A DNA stretch of 46,020 nucleotides from an uncultured Rhizobiaceae bacterium (GTDB lineage: Bacteria > Pseudomonadota > Alphaproteobacteria > UBA828), in NCBI GenBank assembly GCA_964624055.1, contig CAZUXZ010000114.1:1-46020 (forward strand). Reading direction: 5' to 3'. Of this stretch, positions 18,385 through 28,375 are shown piece after piece. The first letter of the stretch is position 1. Every line of letters starts with the position of its first letter. Below the pieces are notes generated by a model. That model was not told where the DNA came from. It ran no database searches and was given only the letters and a program-made list of their open reading frames with translations. Made by a program: the position numbers and the translations under genes.

Positions 18385-18909
18385 ATGCGCTATTTCACGG
18401 CCCATCTCCCCCAGGCACTGAACCGCGGCCCGGCTGCGGAAGGTGAGGCGGCGACCCACGCCGACAAGGTGCTCGGCGGGGTGGTGCTGCTGCGTGAGGG
18501 CTTCAACTGGCTCGCCTTTGTCTTCTCCGTTCTCTGGGCGATCGCCCACGGTTTGTGGCTAACGGCGTTGGCGATGACTTTAGCGCTCGCTCTGATCGTC
18601 GGGCTACCTGAAATCTTCGCACCCGATTGGCGTATACGCGCGATTCTTTTGATCGGCTATGCGGTGATTTGCGGTTTCGGCGGGAATGACTGGCGGCGCC
18701 TTGGTCTGGCGCATAGCGGCTGGGAGCTGGTCGCTGTCGTCGCTGCCCGCGACCGCGCCCATGCTTTTCTGCGCTTCGCCCACTTACTGGACAAGAGCAA
18801 CTCATCCAATAGTGGCCAGACAGTGCTGTCTGCGTCGCCGTTGCATCCGCCTGACCTGCCGACGGGCCCTAGGCTCGACCTTGGCCCCAATCCAGGCTTC
18901 TGGTCATGA
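18385..18909 (+). CDS. DUF2628-like membrane protein
   Basis: REGFNWLAFVFSVLWAIAHGLW motif, TM segments, GNDWRR...GWEL; common hisB-hisH intercalated gene in Alphaproteobacteria. Confidence 0.75.
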   Translation: MRYFTAHLPQALNRGPAAEGEAATHADKVLGGVVLLREGFNWLAFVFSVLWAIAHGLWLTALAMTLALALIVGLPEIFAPDWRIRAILLIGYAVICGFGGNDWRRLGLAHSGWELVAVVAARDRAHAFLRFAHLLDKSNSSNSGQTVLSASPLHPPDLPTGPRLDLGPNPGFWS

Positions 18910-19541
18910 CCGTCGTCATCATCGATTACGGTTCGGGAAACCTACGCTCCGCCGCAAAGGCCTTTGAACACGCGGCGGGAGCGAACGGCGTGGAGATCTG
19001 CGTCACTGAGGATGCCAGGGAGGTAGTAAGCGCCGAACGCATAGTGCTGCCCGGCGTTGGCGCTTTCGCCGAATGCAAGCGTGGCGTTGAGGCGCTCTCT
19101 GGTATGCGTGATGCACTGGAAGAGGCGGTGATCGGCCGCGGCGTGCCTTTTCTTGGTATCTGCGTCGGCATGCAATTGATGGCGCGGACGAGTTATGAGA
19201 ATGGCAGCCATGAAGGCTTTGGCTGGATTGATGGCGAAGTAGTAGCACTCGCACCAGCCAACGGCCTCAAGGTGCCGCATATGGGCTGGAACGATCTCAG
19301 CATCTCCACGCCGGATCACCCGGTATTAACCGGGCTGAAGAGCGGCACCCACGCCTATTTCGTGCATGGCTATCATCTGCAGTGCGAGCGCGCGAGCGAT
19401 ATCGTCGCTACGGTGGAGTATGGTGCGGCGCTCACCGCCATCGTCGGGCGCGGCAATATGATCGGCACCCAGTTTCACCCGGAAAAAAGCCAGAAGGCGG
19501 GCCTTCGCCTGATTGCCAATTTCCTCGGTTGGCAGCCATAA
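18906..19541 (+). CDS. hisH: Imidazole glycerol phosphate synthase glutaminase subunit
   Basis: IIDYGSGNLRS, LPGVGAF, LGICVGMQL, VPHMGWN, TQFHPEKS. Confidence 0.97.
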   Translation: MTVVIIDYGSGNLRSAAKAFEHAAGANGVEICVTEDAREVVSAERIVLPGVGAFAECKRGVEALSGMRDALEEAVIGRGVPFLGICVGMQLMARTSYENGSHEGFGWIDGEVVALAPANGLKVPHMGWNDLSISTPDHPVLTGLKSGTHAYFVHGYHLQCERASDIVATVEYGAALTAIVGRGNMIGTQFHPEKSQKAGLRLIANFLGWQP

Positions 19542-19551
19542 TGAGGCGGCA

Positions 19552-20085
19552 ATGATAGAGGGTGATGTGACGGCGGAGGTGACGGTTGAAAAGACCGCTA
19601 AGCTCGGTAGGCGCGCGCTCCGAGAGTTGTGCGATGCGGCGTCCGAAGCGATTCAAGATGGCGCCGGCTTCGGCTGGCTGCGTCCGCCGCCAGCCGAAGA
19701 TTTTGAGCGTTACTGGCGGGGCGTGACGCTAGTGCCAGAGCGCACCCTTTTGGTTGGTAAGCTCGACGGAGTGATCGGTGGCTCGGTTCAGCTCGTCTCG
19801 CCGCCGCCGCAAAAAGAGGCCTGGGCGTTTGCTTGCCTGATCGATACTCACTTCGTCGCCCCCTGGGCGCGCGGCTACGGCATGGCGCGCGAGCTCCTGG
19901 AGCACGTCGAGGAGGAGGCGCGCGAACATGGCTTTGCGGCGATGAATCTTTCGGTGCGTGAAACCCAGGAGGCAGCGGTGAACCTCTACGAGACTTTGGG
20001 CTTCAAGTGCTGGGGTATCCATCCAAAATACGCCTTTGTCGACGGCAAGACCGTCTCGGGCCATTATTATTGCAAGGAATTATGA
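19552..20085 (+). CDS. GNAT family N-acetyltransferase
   Basis: HFVAPWARGYGMAR acetyl-CoA motif, AVNLYETLGF; start ATG 19552 (or GTG 19567); stop overlaps the hisA start. Confidence 0.87.
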   Translation: MIEGDVTAEVTVEKTAKLGRRALRELCDAASEAIQDGAGFGWLRPPPAEDFERYWRGVTLVPERTLLVGKLDGVIGGSVQLVSPPPQKEAWAFACLIDTHFVAPWARGYGMARELLEHVEEEAREHGFAAMNLSVRETQEAAVNLYETLGFKCWGIHPKYAFVDGKTVSGHYYCKEL

Positions 20086-20807
20086 TCCTTTATCCAGCAA
20101 TCGACCTTAAGGACGGTCAATGCGTGCGTCTGCTGCGCGGCCAGATGGCCGATGTTACCGTGTTCTCCGACAACCCCGGAGACCAGGCGCGAAGCTTTGA
20201 GGCCGCCGGCTTTGAGTGGACCCATGTGGTTGATCTCAATGGCGCCTTCGCCGGGAAGCCGGTGAATGACGAGGCTGTCGAGGCGATCCGCGGCGCGGTA
20301 AAAATTCCTATCCAACTTGGTGGCGGCATCCGGGATCGGGCGACCATCGATCATTGGTTGTCGCGCGGCATCGATAGGTTGATTCTCGGCACGACAGCTT
20401 TGCGCGATCCCGCATTCGTCAAAAGAGCCTGCCGCGATCATCCGGGGCGCATCGCCATCGGCATCGACGCACGCGATGGGCGTGTTGCGGTGGAGGGCTG
20501 GGCTAAGACCTCGGATATGCTGGCGACAGACCTCGCAAAGGCTTTCGAGGATGCCGGTGCGGTGGCGATCATCTATACGGACATCAGCCGTGACGGCGCA
20601 ATGCAGGGACCCAATGTAGAGGCGACCGCGGCGCTCGCGCGGCGCATCACTACACCGGTGATCGCCTCAGGCGGCATCTCCTGCCATGACGATCTTGCTG
20701 CCCTCAAGGCGGAAGAGGATGCTGGCATCGCGGGTGTGATCTGCGGCCGGGCGCTTTATGACGGGCGCGTTGAAGCGGATACTGCTCTTGCGCTTTTGGC
20801 TGCGTGA
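20082..20807 (+). CDS. hisA: ProFAR isomerase
   Basis: Start ATG 20082: [46 protein letters not shown]. Confidence 0.97.
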   Translation: MILYPAIDLKDGQCVRLLRGQMADVTVFSDNPGDQARSFEAAGFEWTHVVDLNGAFAGKPVNDEAVEAIRGAVKIPIQLGGGIRDRATIDHWLSRGIDRLILGTTALRDPAFVKRACRDHPGRIAIGIDARDGRVAVEGWAKTSDMLATDLAKAFEDAGAVAIIYTDISRDGAMQGPNVEATAALARRITTPVIASGGISCHDDLAALKAEEDAGIAGVICGRALYDGRVEADTALALLAA

Positions 20808-20814
20808 TTGCTCC

Positions 20815-21570
20815 ATGCTTAAAATGCGTATCATTCCCTGCCTCGACGTTCATGATGGGCGCGTTGTTAAGGGCGTCAATTTCGTCGATCTGGTCGATGC
20901 CGGTGATCCGGTGGAGCAGGCCAGGGTCTATGACGAACAGGGTGCAGACGAGCTTTGCTTTCTCGATATCACGGCCACCCTTGAGGGGCGTGAGAGCATG
21001 TATGAGGTGATCTGGCGCACCGCTAGGGTTTGCTTCATGCCGCTCACCGTTGGTGGTGGTGTGCGCGAAACCGAAGATGTGCGTAAGCTGCTCCTGGCCG
21101 GCGCCGACAAGGTGTCGATAAACTCCGCGGCGGTAGATCGACCAGAATTCGTCGCTGAGGCGGCGGAAAAATTTGGCCGGCAATGCATCGTCGTAGCGAT
21201 TGACGCCAAACGCACCGGCTCGCAGCAATTCGAAATTTTCACCCATGGCGGGCGTGAGCCAACCGGCATTGAAGCCATTTCGTGGGCGAAGCGTATGACC
21301 GAACTCGGTGCCGGAGAGATCCTGCTGACTTCGATGGACCGCGACGGCACCAAGAAAGGCTTCGATATTGAGCTGACACGCGCTGTAGCGGACGCGGTTG
21401 GCGTGCCGGTGATCGCGTCGGGCGGTGTCGGAACTCTTGATCATCTCGTCGCTGGCATTCGCGAAGGCCACGCCACGGCTGTCCTCGCTGCTTCGATCTT
21501 TCATTTCGGCGAGCACACTATCTCCGAAGCCAAGACCCATATGCGCGCTGCCAACGTGCCCGTGCGTTGA
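20815..21570 (+). CDS. hisF: Imidazole glycerol phosphate synthase cyclase subunit
   Basis: Start ATG 20815: [48 protein letters not shown]. Confidence 0.97.
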   Translation: MLKMRIIPCLDVHDGRVVKGVNFVDLVDAGDPVEQARVYDEQGADELCFLDITATLEGRESMYEVIWRTARVCFMPLTVGGGVRETEDVRKLLLAGADKVSINSAAVDRPEFVAEAAEKFGRQCIVVAIDAKRTGSQQFEIFTHGGREPTGIEAISWAKRMTELGAGEILLTSMDRDGTKKGFDIELTRAVADAVGVPVIASGGVGTLDHLVAGIREGHATAVLAASIFHFGEHTISEAKTHMRAANVPVR

Positions 21571-21624
21571 TCCTGGCGTTCAGACGCACTATCCATGACA
21601 CAGAGCGGCATCTAGGAGAGAACC

Positions 21625-21954
21625 ATGGCTGATAGTGATTCGGTGCTCGACGAGCTTTACGGCGTGATCGTTAGCCGCAAGTTCGGCGATCCGAAGAAAT
21701 CCTACACGGCGAAGAAGTTCGCCAAAGGCACGGACCATATCGCCAAGAAAATCGGTGAAGAGGCTACTGAGGTGGTGATCGCTGCTACGCGCCGCGAGCG
21801 CGACGAAATTCTAGCCGAGAGCGCAGATCTCCTGTTCCATCTCCTTATTCTCTGGGCCGATCGGGGCATTCGCCCGGAGGAAGCGCTTGAGGTATTGCGA
21901 GAACGCCGCGGCGTCTCTGGCCTGGACGAGAAAAAATCCCGCGCTGAAAAATAG
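21625..21954 (+). CDS. hisE: Phosphoribosyl-ATP diphosphatase
   Basis: SYTAK, KKIGEEATEVVIA, ESADLLFHLL; AGGAG SD. Confidence 0.95.
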   Translation: MADSDSVLDELYGVIVSRKFGDPKKSYTAKKFAKGTDHIAKKIGEEATEVVIAATRRERDEILAESADLLFHLLILWADRGIRPEEALEVLRERRGVSGLDEKKSRAEK

Positions 21955-21976
21955 CGCGAAAGTTACGGAGGTGGGC

Positions 21977-22339
21977 ATGAGCTACGATCCAAATAACATT
22001 TTTGCCAAAATTCTACGCGGAGAGATACCTAACGATACGGTATTTGAAGACGATGAGGTGTTGGCTTTCCGTGACATAAATCCGCAGGCTCCGGTCCATG
22101 TGTTGGTGATCCCGAAAGGTGAGTATTTGTCGCTTGACGATTTCACCCGAGATGCTCCGGCTGATGTCGTCGGGCGGTTTTTCCAGAAGGCAGGTGAGAT
22201 TGCGCGTCAGCTCGGCGTCGATGGTGAGGGTTACCGCGCCATTGCCAATATTGGTGGCCATGGCGGCCAGGAAGTGCCCCACTTTCATCTCCATATCTGT
22301 GGGGGCGGCTGGCTTGGGCGTATGATTGCTAGGGAATAA
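21977..22339 (+). CDS. Histidine triad (HIT/HINT) nucleotide-binding protein
   Basis: Start ATG 21977 after GGAGG: YDPNNIFAKILRGEIP, FRDINPQAPVHVLVIP, GQEVPHFHLH. Confidence 0.93.
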   Translation: MSYDPNNIFAKILRGEIPNDTVFEDDEVLAFRDINPQAPVHVLVIPKGEYLSLDDFTRDAPADVVGRFFQKAGEIARQLGVDGEGYRAIANIGGHGGQEVPHFHLHICGGGWLGRMIARE

Positions 22340-22391
22340 AGGTGAATGAACCGCGTTCGTTGTGGGCCATGCCGCAAGTTCGGGTTTTATC

Positions 22392-22631
22392 TTAACCGCC
22401 ATGGATCGGTGGAAAGATCGTCAGCACGTCACCGGAAGTAACCGCCTTCGCTGCGCGTTCGCCCGCCGGTACCGGTTCGTCGTTGAGGAGTGTCACATGG
22501 GCATCGGGGTTTGCGAGGCCAAATTTAACTAAGGCGTCAGCTACGCTCGCGCCTTTGAGCAACTCGATTTCTCGCTCCTGATTAGGCGGTTCAGGTGGCC
22601 GGATGGCAACTGACTTGATGGTGATCTTCAC
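22392..22631 (-). CDS. MoaD/ThiS family sulfur-carrier protein
   Basis: 79 aa, C-terminal GDVLTIFPPIHGG (Gly-Gly end); directly downstream of the AOR gene. Confidence 0.88.
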   Translation of the reverse strand: MKITIKSVAIRPPEPPNQEREIELLKGASVADALVKFGLANPDAHVTLLNDEPVPAGERAAKAVTSGDVLTIFPPIHGG

Positions 22632-22647
22632 GCCTTATTCTTAATTC

Positions 22648-24477
22648 CTATGCAAGCGACAGGCGCTGCAGCGTCTGTGTCGTTGGCACGCCTTCATTGT
22701 CCCAGCCGCGCAGCTCATAATAAGCAGGTAGCATCTTGCCGAGTTCGGCCACTTTGCCTTTACCAGAGCCGGATTTGAGTTTCTCGGTGAGGATGCGTTT
22801 GGGCAGAGTATCGTCCTTGCTGGTCAGGCCGGCAGCCAGATTGAACTGGCGCTCAAGATTCCAAATACGTTCGCCCATTTCCGCCATCCGTTCGGCGCTC
22901 CAGCCTCCGCCGCAGGCTGCGTCGACTTGCGCAGCTACATCGTTTAAATTCCACACGCTCATCGGGAAGAGGCAAATGCCAGCTGAATCGACAGCCGCCA
23001 CGGTGTTCTGCGATTCGTAGACTATTTTGGCCTTACCTTCGAGTGGGCCTCCCTCGAAGTCATCTCCATAGGGGTCGGCCTTTAGGTGGCAGGCTCCGCG
23101 GTTGCTGGTAGCGTAGGCGAGTGCCATACCCTGCATGGAGCGACCGTCATAACCGGGGAACTCCTGTCCCTTGACGACCATGGCGAAATCCGGCTGGCCG
23201 TATTTCTCGCAGAGGAGCTTTGCGCCAAGGCCGAGATCGGCGCCGAAGCCCTTGCCGAGGCCGGCTAGCTTGACGCTTTCAACCAATGCCTCCGCCGAAC
23301 CGAAATTCAATTTTAAGCCGCCGGTTTCCTTGTCGCCGATGGCGCCGGTCTCGTAGAGCTCCATCGCTGCTGAGAGGGTTGCGCCAAAGGAGATCGGATC
23401 CATGCCCTCCTCATTGCACACCTGATTGGCGAAGGTCGCCGCCTCGATATCGTCGATACCGACCATGGGTGCTAGTGCATAGGCTGATTCATATTCGAGC
23501 CCGCCCGAGGCTTTTTTGTAGCGTTCGCCGTTCTTAGCGGAGAAATGGGTGGGATCTAGCTTGGAGACGCGGCCGCAGCCGATAGTGCAGCTGAAGCAGG
23601 CCTTTCCGTTGATCATATTCGTACCACCATCAGTTCGCCGGTTTGCAGCCATGGCGGCGGCACCGACCTTGCTCGCGCTCTCGAACTGAACATCGCGGTT
23701 GTTACGCGTCGGTAGGCTACCGAAAGCCTGGGTGATGTCGAGCATGGAGATCGTGCCCGTCGCGGCAAGGCCGGCGCGGTCGGGGCTGGGGTCAAGCTTG
23801 TCGCGCGCGGCTCGCACGGCGGTTTCGAAGCCACCTGGATCCTTCACGGCAACACCCTTGGTGCCGCGCACGGCGATCGCTTTTAAATTCTTTGCGCCCA
23901 TCACCGCGCCGACGCCGGAGCGTCCCGCTGCGCGATCGAGATCGTTTACCACGCAGGCATAGCGGTTGAGGGTTTCGCCGGCACGCCCGATTGAGGCGAT
24001 ACGTATGCGCTGATCGCTATGGCGCTCTTTGAGAGCCGCCTCGGTGTCCCACACCGATTTGCCCCAGATGAAGCCCCCCGCATCGTATAACTCGGCGTCG
24101 TCGTCCTCGATGTGGAGATATACCGGCTTGTCTGATTTGCCGGTTACTATCACCATATCCCAGCCAGCGAGGCGCAACTCGCCACCCCATTGGCCACCGG
24201 AATTGGAGCACGCGATGGCGCCGGTGAGCGCCCCCTTGGTGACCACTACATAGCGCCCGCCGGTGGCAGCGGGGGTGCCGGTGAGCGGGCCGGTGGCGAA
24301 GATAAGTACATTGCCGGTTGAGAGCGCATCGGCTGCTGGATCCATCTCCTCAGCGAGATATTTGCTGGCGAGTCCGCGTGCACCGAGATATTGCCCAGCC
24401 CAGTCCATGTTCATGGCCTCCGCCGTGCAGGTTCCCTTGGTGAGATCAACGCGAAGAATTTTCTTGTGCCATGCCAT
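22648..24477 (-). CDS. Aldehyde:ferredoxin oxidoreductase family tungstopterin enzyme (AOR catalytic subunit)
   Basis: KILRVDL, SNSGG, AAGRSGVGAVMGAKNLKAI, CFSCTIGC plus DSAGIC (4Fe-4S ligands), LEYE, GMDPIS, RGACHL, YYELRGWD. Confidence 0.93.
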   Translation of the reverse strand: MAWHKKILRVDLTKGTCTAEAMNMDWAGQYLGARGLASKYLAEEMDPAADALSTGNVLIFATGPLTGTPAATGGRYVVVTKGALTGAIACSNSGGQWGGELRLAGWDMVIVTGKSDKPVYLHIEDDDAELYDAGGFIWGKSVWDTEAALKERHSDQRIRIASIGRAGETLNRYACVVNDLDRAAGRSGVGAVMGAKNLKAIAVRGTKGVAVKDPGGFETAVRAARDKLDPSPDRAGLAATGTISMLDITQAFGSLPTRNNRDVQFESASKVGAAAMAANRRTDGGTNMINGKACFSCTIGCGRVSKLDPTHFSAKNGERYKKASGGLEYESAYALAPMVGIDDIEAATFANQVCNEEGMDPISFGATLSAAMELYETGAIGDKETGGLKLNFGSAEALVESVKLAGLGKGFGADLGLGAKLLCEKYGQPDFAMVVKGQEFPGYDGRSMQGMALAYATSNRGACHLKADPYGDDFEGGPLEGKAKIVYESQNTVAAVDSAGICLFPMSVWNLNDVAAQVDAACGGGWSAERMAEMGERIWNLERQFNLAAGLTSKDDTLPKRILTEKLKSGSGKGKVAELGKMLPAYYELRGWDNEGVPTTQTLQRLSLA

Positions 24478-24698
24478 GGGTTCGCTTCGCTCCGCTGATT
24501 TGTTTAGATTAACGCCCGCGTTTCTAAACCTGGTGGTTGAGCCTTTGATAGGATAGCATCGCGACGATATTTACTCGCTCTGCACTGCCGCCGCTCTAGA
24601 GATCAGCCAGAGTGTAGGCGACGCGCATGTTCTGATGATAGTCCCACTCTGGGAGTTTCATCCGCCCTGCCGCTCAGGTCAAGAGCTCCTTGCCGCGA

Positions 24699-25400
24699 CT
24701 ATGAAAGGTGGTGGGCAAAAAATTCTGCAGTGCGTGAATTTGCCTGTTCGGCACATGCGGTGTCGAAATGTTCGCCGCCGGTGCGGGCGAAGGCGTGATC
24801 CACGTTTGCGTAGGAATGAATCGTCACCTTGGCGTTGTCGGTGAGGCCTTCCTTAATTGCCGTTTGCGCCTCCGTGGGCACGAACTGATCGAGCTCAGCG
24901 ATATGCATCATGTGCGGACCAGTGATATTGCCCCCTTCGCTGAGGGCGTCCTGGATGCCGACGCCGTAATAGCCAACGGAAGCGTCCACCTTGGTGCGCG
25001 CGGCGACCAGGTAAGCTAGTAGGCCGCCGAGGCAATAGCCAACCGCACCGACCTTGCCGCTGCAGCAGTCGAGGGCGCGCAACTGCTCAAGCGCCGCGCT
25101 CGCATCAACGACTCCCTTATCCATGTCGAAGCCCTTATAAAGGCCAAAGGCATGGCCCCATTCGCCTTCCGTCATGTCCGAGAGCTCGACCCCCGGCTCT
25201 TGTCGCCAGAAAAGATCGGGGCAGAGTGCCACGTAACCTTGGGCCGCTAGCCGGTGGCAGGTCTCACGCATGAAATAATTGATTCCGAAAATCTCCTGCA
25301 GCACGATGACCCCAGCGCCCCTTCCAGAATCTGGTGCCGCAAGAAAACCCTGAAAGCCTCCGCCATCATCGGCCTTGATGTCGATCATTCTTCCCGGCAT
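24699..25400 (-). CDS. Dienelactone hydrolase family protein
   Basis: LQEIFGIN, CPDLFWR, nucleophile motif GYCLGG, YYGVG, HAFAR. Confidence 0.93.
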   Translation of the reverse strand: MPGRMIDIKADDGGGFQGFLAAPDSGRGAGVIVLQEIFGINYFMRETCHRLAAQGYVALCPDLFWRQEPGVELSDMTEGEWGHAFGLYKGFDMDKGVVDASAALEQLRALDCCSGKVGAVGYCLGGLLAYLVAARTKVDASVGYYGVGIQDALSEGGNITGPHMMHIAELDQFVPTEAQTAIKEGLTDNAKVTIHSYANVDHAFARTGGEHFDTACAEQANSRTAEFFAHHLS

Positions 25401-25423
25401 AATTTTTTTCTCCCTGTTTCATA

Positions 25424-25906
25424 TCAAACGGCCAAACACCTATGCGCGGTTTCATGTTGTATCAGCAATTGCTTGGTCGCGCAGCCCCTGCCGCCGGAGA
25501 AGCCGCCGATCCAGCCTCCCGATCCAGTGATGCGGTGGCACGGCACGACGATGGCGATGGGATTAGCACCGCAGGCGCCGCCGACCGCTCGCGGAGCGGA
25601 ATCAACTTCACTTGCGATATCGCCATAGGTCCGCGTCTCACCGTAGGGCACGGCGCTGAGCGCACGCCACACCTTTTGCCGAAACGGCGTGCCCGCTGCG
25701 CGGAGCGGTAGCTCGAAATGCGTTAGCTTGCCGGCGAAATAGGCGTCGAGCTGGCGTACCGTCTCTGCCGCGACACCGGGCTTGGGCACGTCCATCGTTA
25801 CATTGCCGATGGCACCGAATTCAAGCAGGATGAGCGCCTCGCCATCAGTCTCGATTGTAACCGGCCCGACGGGCGTGTAGACACGATGGCGAGTGGTGGC
25901 ACCCAT
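25424..25906 (-). CDS. ogt: Methylated-DNA--protein-cysteine methyltransferase
   Basis: GTPFRQKVW, VPYGETRTY, RAVGGACGANPIAIVVPCHRI; ATG overlaps the upstream stop (TGATG). Confidence 0.93.
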   Translation of the reverse strand: MGATTRHRVYTPVGPVTIETDGEALILLEFGAIGNVTMDVPKPGVAAETVRQLDAYFAGKLTHFELPLRAAGTPFRQKVWRALSAVPYGETRTYGDIASEVDSAPRAVGGACGANPIAIVVPCHRITGSGGWIGGFSGGRGCATKQLLIQHETAHRCLAV

Positions 25907-27966
25907 CACGACTCGTCGGCAGTGGCGGCGGGCGGGTCGCCCGGATCAAGAGCTCTGAGCAGCAGCGTGCGCAGCGCCTGGGCATCGGTCACTGGCAGTG
26001 AGCAGGCTGCGCCGATGCAGAGATAGGCAGTGGCCTTATTATCTTTCTGAGATTTGCCATGGGCAGGATGGCCTTCGGGTATGTCGGTCTCCGGCGCGAC
26101 CACATTCAGCACCCGGTTGGGCAGACTCATGCCATAGACTGTACGGATCATCGAATCTGTTTTGGTTTCGCCGCGCTTGCCTATGAGGACAATCTGTATG
26201 GCGCTGTGCAAGAGCTCAGAATTGTTGATTAGCGTTGGCATCGGCGCGAAACGTTCGCCGAGTTCTCCCGAAAAGGCATGCACCAATTGAGTTGCGCGCT
26301 CAAGATATTCTTCCTCTGCGGTCAGCAGATAGAGTTTTGCCAGCACGCCGACCAGTGTGCCGTTGCCTGCGGGCGTCGCATTGTCATGCGCCGATTTGTT
26401 GCGTGCGATTAGCTTTTCGCTGTGCGCTGGGCTGTAGTAATAGCCGCCAGCGTTGTGGTCCCAATATTGTTCGTCGAGCACCTTCACCCAATCCCGTGCC
26501 CGTTCGAGATAAGTCACCTCGCCGGTAACCTCGTTGAGCATCCGCGCGGCGCGCGACATCTCTGCATAATCGTCGAGAAATTCTATTTCCTTGATTTGCC
26601 CATGGCGCGCTGAATGACGCAGGCGCGTACCATCCGCCATCTCGCCAGCTATATAATTCCAGGCTCTTTTGGCCGCTTCTAACCAGTCAGGCCGCTCGAA
26701 TACAGCGGATGCAAAAGCGAGCGCAGCGATCATAAGGCCGTTCCAATCCGCCAGCACCTTGTCGTCCCAACTTGGCCATTCACGCTTGTCGCGCGCGGCA
26801 AGCAGCTTGGCACGCAACGGCTTCATCTTTTCTTCTGTGTGCTCCGTGGCCTCGGGCTGGTGCTGGAGGCGGTTAAGAACATTGTTGCCCTCGAAATTGC
26901 CCTGGCCTGTGACGTCGTAGACCGACTTAAAGGCGTCGGCCTCGGCACCGAGCAGATCATCAATTTCGCTCTCCTGCCAGACGTAGAAGCGCCCCTCCTT
27001 CCCTTCGGAATCTGCATCGAGCGCAGAGGCGAAGGCGCCCTCTCCAGTCAGCATGTCGCGCAGCAGCCAATCGACCGTTTCCTTCGCACGTTGTCGGAAC
27101 AACTCCTCGCCGCTGTCTTGCCACAACTCGGAGAGGAGTTCGAGAATCTGCGCATTGTCGTAAAGCATTTTTTCAAAATGTGGCACGAGCCAGCGCTCAT
27201 CCGTGGAGTAGCGAGCATAGCCGCCGCCGAGATGATCATAGATGCCGCCCTCGCTCATGCGTCGCGCCGATAGTATGACGGCGGTGCGCATTAGTTCGGA
27301 ACCGCTGCGCTTATAGTTTCGCCACAGGATGCCCAGCATCGGCACCTGGGGGAATTTCGGCGCTCCGCCGATGCCGCCGTGGCGCGGATTGACCTCGCGC
27401 AGGAGGGTCTGTCCGAAGCGCTCGACCTGAGCCTCGTCGATATCGCTGCCGGAGGAGTTTTCCGCCATCTTGCTGAGTGCAGTGACCATACTGGTGCGGT
27501 TCTTCTGCACATTCTCAGGCTCGTTGACATAGGTGTTGTGGATCAGTTTGAGCACCTCGCGAAAACCCGGTCGTCCGAAGCGCGGCTCGCGCGGAAAATA
27601 TGTACCGCCCCAAAATGGTTCACCCTCGCTATTAAGGAACATTGTGAGCGGCCAGCCGCCCTGCTGGCCCATAATCATGATAGCGCGCTGATAGATGGCG
27701 TCGAGATCCGGGCGCTCTTCGCGGTCAACTTTGATGTTGACGAACAGTTCGTTCATCAACTCGGCCGTTTCGTCATGCTCGAAGCTTTCATGCGCCATAA
27801 CGTGGCACCAATGGCAAGAGGAATAACCGACCGAAAGGAGGATCGGCTTGTTGCTCTCCCGCGCCTCTGCTAGCGCGGCGCTGCCCCAGGGGCGCCAATG
27901 CACAGGATTGTCACGGTGCTGTTGAAGGTAGGGACTGGACTCGCTAGCCAATTGATTGTCGCTCAT
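25906..27966 (-). CDS. Thioredoxin-domain / six-hairpin protein (YyaL, DUF255, SSP411 family)
   Basis: [72 protein letters not shown]. Confidence 0.93.
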   Translation of the reverse strand: MSDNQLASESSPYLQQHRDNPVHWRPWGSAALAEARESNKPILLSVGYSSCHWCHVMAHESFEHDETAELMNELFVNIKVDREERPDLDAIYQRAIMIMGQQGGWPLTMFLNSEGEPFWGGTYFPREPRFGRPGFREVLKLIHNTYVNEPENVQKNRTSMVTALSKMAENSSGSDIDEAQVERFGQTLLREVNPRHGGIGGAPKFPQVPMLGILWRNYKRSGSELMRTAVILSARRMSEGGIYDHLGGGYARYSTDERWLVPHFEKMLYDNAQILELLSELWQDSGEELFRQRAKETVDWLLRDMLTGEGAFASALDADSEGKEGRFYVWQESEIDDLLGAEADAFKSVYDVTGQGNFEGNNVLNRLQHQPEATEHTEEKMKPLRAKLLAARDKREWPSWDDKVLADWNGLMIAALAFASAVFERPDWLEAAKRAWNYIAGEMADGTRLRHSARHGQIKEIEFLDDYAEMSRAARMLNEVTGEVTYLERARDWVKVLDEQYWDHNAGGYYYSPAHSEKLIARNKSAHDNATPAGNGTLVGVLAKLYLLTAEEEYLERATQLVHAFSGELGERFAPMPTLINNSELLHSAIQIVLIGKRGETKTDSMIRTVYGMSLPNRVLNVVAPETDIPEGHPAHGKSQKDNKATAYLCIGAACSLPVTDAQALRTLLLRALDPGDPPAATADES

Positions 27967-28108
27967 ATGACCCCTGCTGGCGATTCCTGCTTGATATGAG
28001 CTGCGGCGGTTCGCCCGGCGCTAAGAAGTTGTTGGCGGAATGCAAACGTGAATATATATGGAAACCGCCGCTAGGCCAGCGCAACCGCGCGGAAAGTGAA
28101 AGGGTACA

Positions 28109-28375
28109 ATGAAAGCGACCATTGATATCTATTGTACGCCGGAAAAGGCGCGTCTTTTTCTTGGCCTACCCGATCTCGACGAAATACATCAGGTGACCCA
28201 CGACGCGACGACCAAGCGAATGCGCTCCGCCCCCGGAGACATCGATCCCGAGGCACAGTTGAAAAACTGGCCGCCCGGCAGCGTCAGGGACTCGGGCGAG
28301 TTGAAAAAGAGCTTTGGGGTCGAATTTACTGGCGCTGGTGAGGTGTACAAGAACGAAAAGGGTGATAAATTGTGA
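28109..28375 (+). CDS. DUF6489-like small protein
   Basis: N-terminal IDIxCTPEKARLFLGLPD motif typical of this alphaproteobacterial family found near mnmE. Confidence 0.7.
   Translation: MKATIDIYCTPEKARLFLGLPDLDEIHQVTHDATTKRMRSAPGDIDPEAQLKNWPPGSVRDSGELKKSFGVEFTGAGEVYKNEKGDKL

Noticed and set aside
20704-21540. 278-aa minus-strand ORF
   Set aside because: Antisense to highly conserved hisF; no recognisable domain.
22347-22390. Possible bidirectional terminator between HIT and moaD
   Set aside because: Only a weak, imperfect stem (TTGTGG/CCGCAA) and no clear U-tract; not called.
24478-24698. Canonical Moco/Wco riboswitch, or a remnant of a lost 4Fe-4S aorA gene
   Set aside because: Lacks the recognisable Moco RNA consensus segments, and no Cys-motif coding remnant was seen; retained only as an unassigned structured leader.
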